Shown here: piece after piece, positions 42,016 to 45,373 of the stretch
How positions within the stretch are numbered: the first letter of the stretch is position 1
How the letters are laid out: the number at the start of each line of letters is the position of its first letter
Assembly (NCBI GenBank): GCA_054600435.1
Contig: BAAIJX010000098.1
Coordinates: 1 to 45,373 of the forward strand
Length of the DNA: 45,373 nucleotides
Direction: 5' to 3'
DNA from: Neophaeotheca triangularis
Lineage: Eukaryota
Notes under the pieces: generated by a model
The model's input: only the letters and a program-made list of their open reading frames with translations
Database searches by the model: none
What the model was told of the DNA's origin: nothing
Translations under genes and position numbers: made by a program

Positions 42016-43778
42016 GGGTGGGAAGTCTTTCGCAAGAGCTTGAGCACTCAGCGTTGTCAGTCTCGGGACGATAGGTCGCCGCGAGTGTGAGATTGAAAGT
42101 CTGTCAAGCATCCCATCTGCCAGCGTGATTGCTCTCGACTTGTACGGAGGTAGCAGAAGCATTATCCCAACACACACAACAATCCTTCCAACCCAACTTT
42201 TCATAGCGTCCAGCCAGCGAAGCACCCAGTTAGCCAGAGTACAACGCAGTCATGATCAAAGCCGCAATCACGTGTCCGTTCCCCGGCTAGACGATTCAGT
42301 TACACAGCAAAAAGCAACAGAAAATTCCCCCAATCATGAAGGTCGCTCATAGCCACGAGATATCAGTGACTGGCACAACACCGGCATTGCTGCAACGGCA
42401 TTGGCCGACCCAAAGGATGTATGTATGGCATGCACAGAAGTCCCGAAGACCAGCGCTAGAAGGCTGTGAAGGCCGTCATGTGAGATTGCAGCATTTTGCA
42501 GGGCGTGATTGTTGCTGGGTTAGTAGTGCGATTGGGTCCGGTTGGTGTGTCATCATAGGTGAGGGATTATGAAGGAGGGCCTTGTAGGGTGATTGTGGGG
42601 TTTGGGCAGGTAGGCAGGTAATAGGTATACCTGTGTACTCGGAGACGTGGCGGTTATTGGCGAGTGACTGGGGAGAGTGATGGGCGAATGGCGGATGTGC
42701 TGCGCCTTGTTGCCATGTCTATCCACAAGCTCGCACGTGCGCTGACAGTTGCTGGAGAGGGCCGGGCATGTCAGGTGGACGTCAGAGTCTGAGAATAATC
42801 CATACCTTCGCTATCCTCCTCCCAGGTGGTGAGTGGTGACTCTCATGTTTTGTTGGTTAGAGAGGTTCCAAGACGGGATACATGTGCCGTTGGCGTGGCA
42901 GCCTTCTCGGCGGCCCGCCATGTGTTTCTCTCTTGACTTGGGTTGCTCGGCACACCCTTCCGACACCATACATCGAAGGATCGGAGCTAGTCTGTTCTGT
43001 GTAGGCTTAGCCTCTCTCTGTAGGGGCTCCAACTACGTTATTCGCGATGCTGGTAGCTTCGCTGCCGAGGACTTGACGGGATGTGAACATGGCGGACGTC
43101 ATGATAAGATTTCGAAAACCTTGGCTGCAGTATGTGATTGCATTCGACGACAAGCACAAAGGTCGACTTTGCTTTGCAATTCCAAAAGTCGACGTGTGTC
43201 AAACAATGAGGTCGAACAGGAGTGATGCTGATGGCCTTTCGGAGATATTCACTCACTGGACGATGCGTGACCACCTCCAGCTGGGCGTCAAGATTGCTAT
43301 CATGCCATCCATGGCATCATGCATGGCACTATGGAGATCTGAGCCTCACCCCCACAATGACGCTAAACTACAAAGAGATGACAAGCCAAAGCTAAGCCAC
43401 CGACTGCGGAGCAAGTCCCCCGGCCCAGTAGCCCTACCTACCTCCTACCTAGGTAGTACCTACCAAACTAGCCAAGTGCTAAGGCTGTTGTGCCTCCATC
43501 ACCTCACTACCCGACCTCCACCACACCTCGCATGACGCATTACATATACCGCGACAGCGCCCCCCCTTATAGCAGATAACTTTCCCCTTTGTTGTGCCAT
43601 ACCATACCACACCATACCATACTATACTATACCCTGCCTCCCTGCTATTAATCTCCAGCCACGCCACCGCATCCTTCCTATCACTACCACCGCAATCAAC
43701 ACAGCAACCCGCTTGTAAACAAACACCATTACCACAGTGATCAACAACAACAACAACAACAACAACACAACCCCCAAG

Positions 43779-45051
43779 ATGGAACAGCAACAAGCACAAC
43801 AGGCGCAACAGCAGCAACAGGAGATGTCAATGTCAAATGGCTCTCAATCCCCAAATGGCAATGGCAAGCAGCGCGCTCAAAGGGAGGATCCTCTGGTTAA
43901 GGTGCAGCCACCGCGCCGCGAGGATCTCCAACCCAGCTACGCCCAAGTCATCAAGCCCGACACCCAGGATGCTTCGGCCGAGGGCTGGTACGGGAACATG
44001 GTGAGTAGAGCTGTCGTAAAGCTGCCAAGAGGAAAGTGGTTTACTGACACTGTGCCCTCAGATCAACGCTCTTGGTTCCTGCATTGGTACCTTGGGAGCT
44101 ATTCCTTGCTGCATCGTTTGCCCTAACCCTTACAAGCCAGGTTCGTGCCAGCTCAAAAGGCCTGAGAATGCTTGAGAGCGTGCTAACAAGGCCTCAACAG
44201 TCGCGCAGGGTAACGTCGGTCTGGTCACAAAGTTCGGTCGCTTTGCGCGCGCAGTCGACCCTGGTCTCGTCAAGATCAACCCCCTCTCCGAAGAGCTCGT
44301 CCAAGTCGACGTCAAGATTCAAATCGTCGAAGTCCCCCGCCAGGTCTGCATGACCAAGGACAACGTCAACCTTCAACTCACGAGCGTCATCTACTACCAC
44401 ATCACCTCCCCCCACAAGGCCGCCTTCGGCATCAGCAACATCCGCCAGGCTCTCGTCGAGCGTACCCAGACCACCCTTCGCCACGTCATCGGTGCTCGTG
44501 TACTGCAAGATGTTATTGAGCGTCGTGAGGAGATTGCGCACTCCATCCGCGAAATCATCGAGGACACCGCTTCCGGCTGGGGTGTGGAGATTGAGAGCAT
44601 GCTCATGAAGGACATCATCTTCTCCGAGGAGCTACAAGAGAGCTTATCCATGGCCGCACAGTCCAAGCGTACGGGAGAGGCCAAGGTCATCAGCGCACGC
44701 GCCGAAGTCGAGTCGGCCAAACTCATGCGCCAGGCCGCCGACATCCTGTCCTCAGCCCCTGCCATGCAAATCCGCTACCTCGAGGCCATGCAAGCCATGG
44801 CCAAGACGGCCAACAGCAAGGTCATCTTCCTGCCAGCTTCCAACCAGACGGTGCAGTCGCAACTCGCCGCCGCAGACACCGTGGGCGAGGGCCCTAGCTC
44901 TTACGGGCAACCGATGGGTAGCCAGAACACCGGCAGCTCACCCGGCATGGGCGCCACCGGCGGCCCTGTGGCACCCGACGGCCACGACTTCAGCTCGGGC
45001 ACGCAAGGCTTCGGCTCAGCAATGACGGCCGGTCAGGTCGAGAATTTGTAG
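43779..45051 (+). CDS. Stomatin/SPFH (band 7) family protein; exons 43779-44000, 44062-44140, 44201-45051
   Basis: Motifs DLQPSYA, GAIPCCIVCPNPYKPVAQGNVGLVTKFGRF, MTKDNV, TQTTLRHVIG and AMQIRYLEAM. Introns are frame-consistent. Confidence 0.93.
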
Positions 45052-45373
45052 TGCACGACCGATAGCAACAAGCTGCCGCGCCACCGCGACCCGGCACCTT
45101 CTTGCGACTGCGGCACCACAAAACCGCGGCCTTGCGTTGGAGTAGTGTCAAGGAGCTTTGAACACGAATGAGGAGAATGCAGTTGATATTTTATTTTTTT
45201 GGTAATTTGGCGAAAGCAAAGGAAGATTTGGGTCAGCTTTGTTCGGGCTGTTGACGACCACTCGTGATGAGAGAAAAAACTGATACCCTGTCGTTGCTAT
45301 GGAGGATACGCGTAGGCGTCTTTTGATTAGGCCTTTCTTTTTCGGATGATTGTTGTTAGGGGGGATTGGGGGG

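Noticed and set aside
42016..43778. Several 70-150 aa ORFs between DPH5 and the stomatin gene
   Set aside because: No recognisable motifs or codon bias; several lack an ATG start.
45350..45373. G-rich window end resembling the reverse complement of part of the start duplicate, or a telomere
   Set aside because: The match is only ~11 nt of low complexity and there is a single TTAGGG, not an array.
1..45373. Secondary-metabolite cluster, transposon, RIP-mutated repeat or horizontally acquired island
   Set aside because: No backbone enzyme, transposase/RT, terminal repeats or AT-rich blocks were seen. The SDRs and hydrolases are interspersed among housekeeping genes.

Overview
Gene-dense eukaryotic DNA from a filamentous ascomycete (short GT-AG introns with CTRAY branch points; most likely a Dothideomycete, by inference). 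I can support 19 protein-coding genes, mostly conserved housekeeping genes. In order: MeaA/Mep-type ammonium transporter, an uncharacterised C-terminal-TM protein with a poly-Asn tract, TFIIIC tau60/Sfc9-like subunit, AP-2 sigma, Ubp14, a dienelactone hydrolase, Sld5, a second dienelactone hydrolase, an SDR, Sec18/NSF, Kxd1, a small heat-shock protein, a second SDR, Rqc2, Vac7, Ada1/Hfi1, an Snf11/SS18-like protein, Spt3, Dph5 and a stomatin. I saw no transposon, tRNA, rRNA or CRISPR array, and no novel multi-gene pathway. The first ~265 bp look like an assembly artefact. The most interesting signals are at RNA and regulatory level: (i) two conserved genes (SLD5, DPH5) with CAG/TAG tandem splice acceptors whose proximal site creates an in-frame stop; (ii) a 273-nt stop-free, in-frame intron in VAC7; (iii) a possibly spliced 47-aa uORF ending in an ATGA overlap with ADA1; (iv) an SDR lacking its catalytic Tyr; (v) a presequence-like N-terminal extension on the small HSP; (vi) abrupt C/A-to-G/T skew flips inside genes; (vii) a recurrent intergenic TACCTAGGTA palindrome. 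All gene models were built by hand and have no transcript support.
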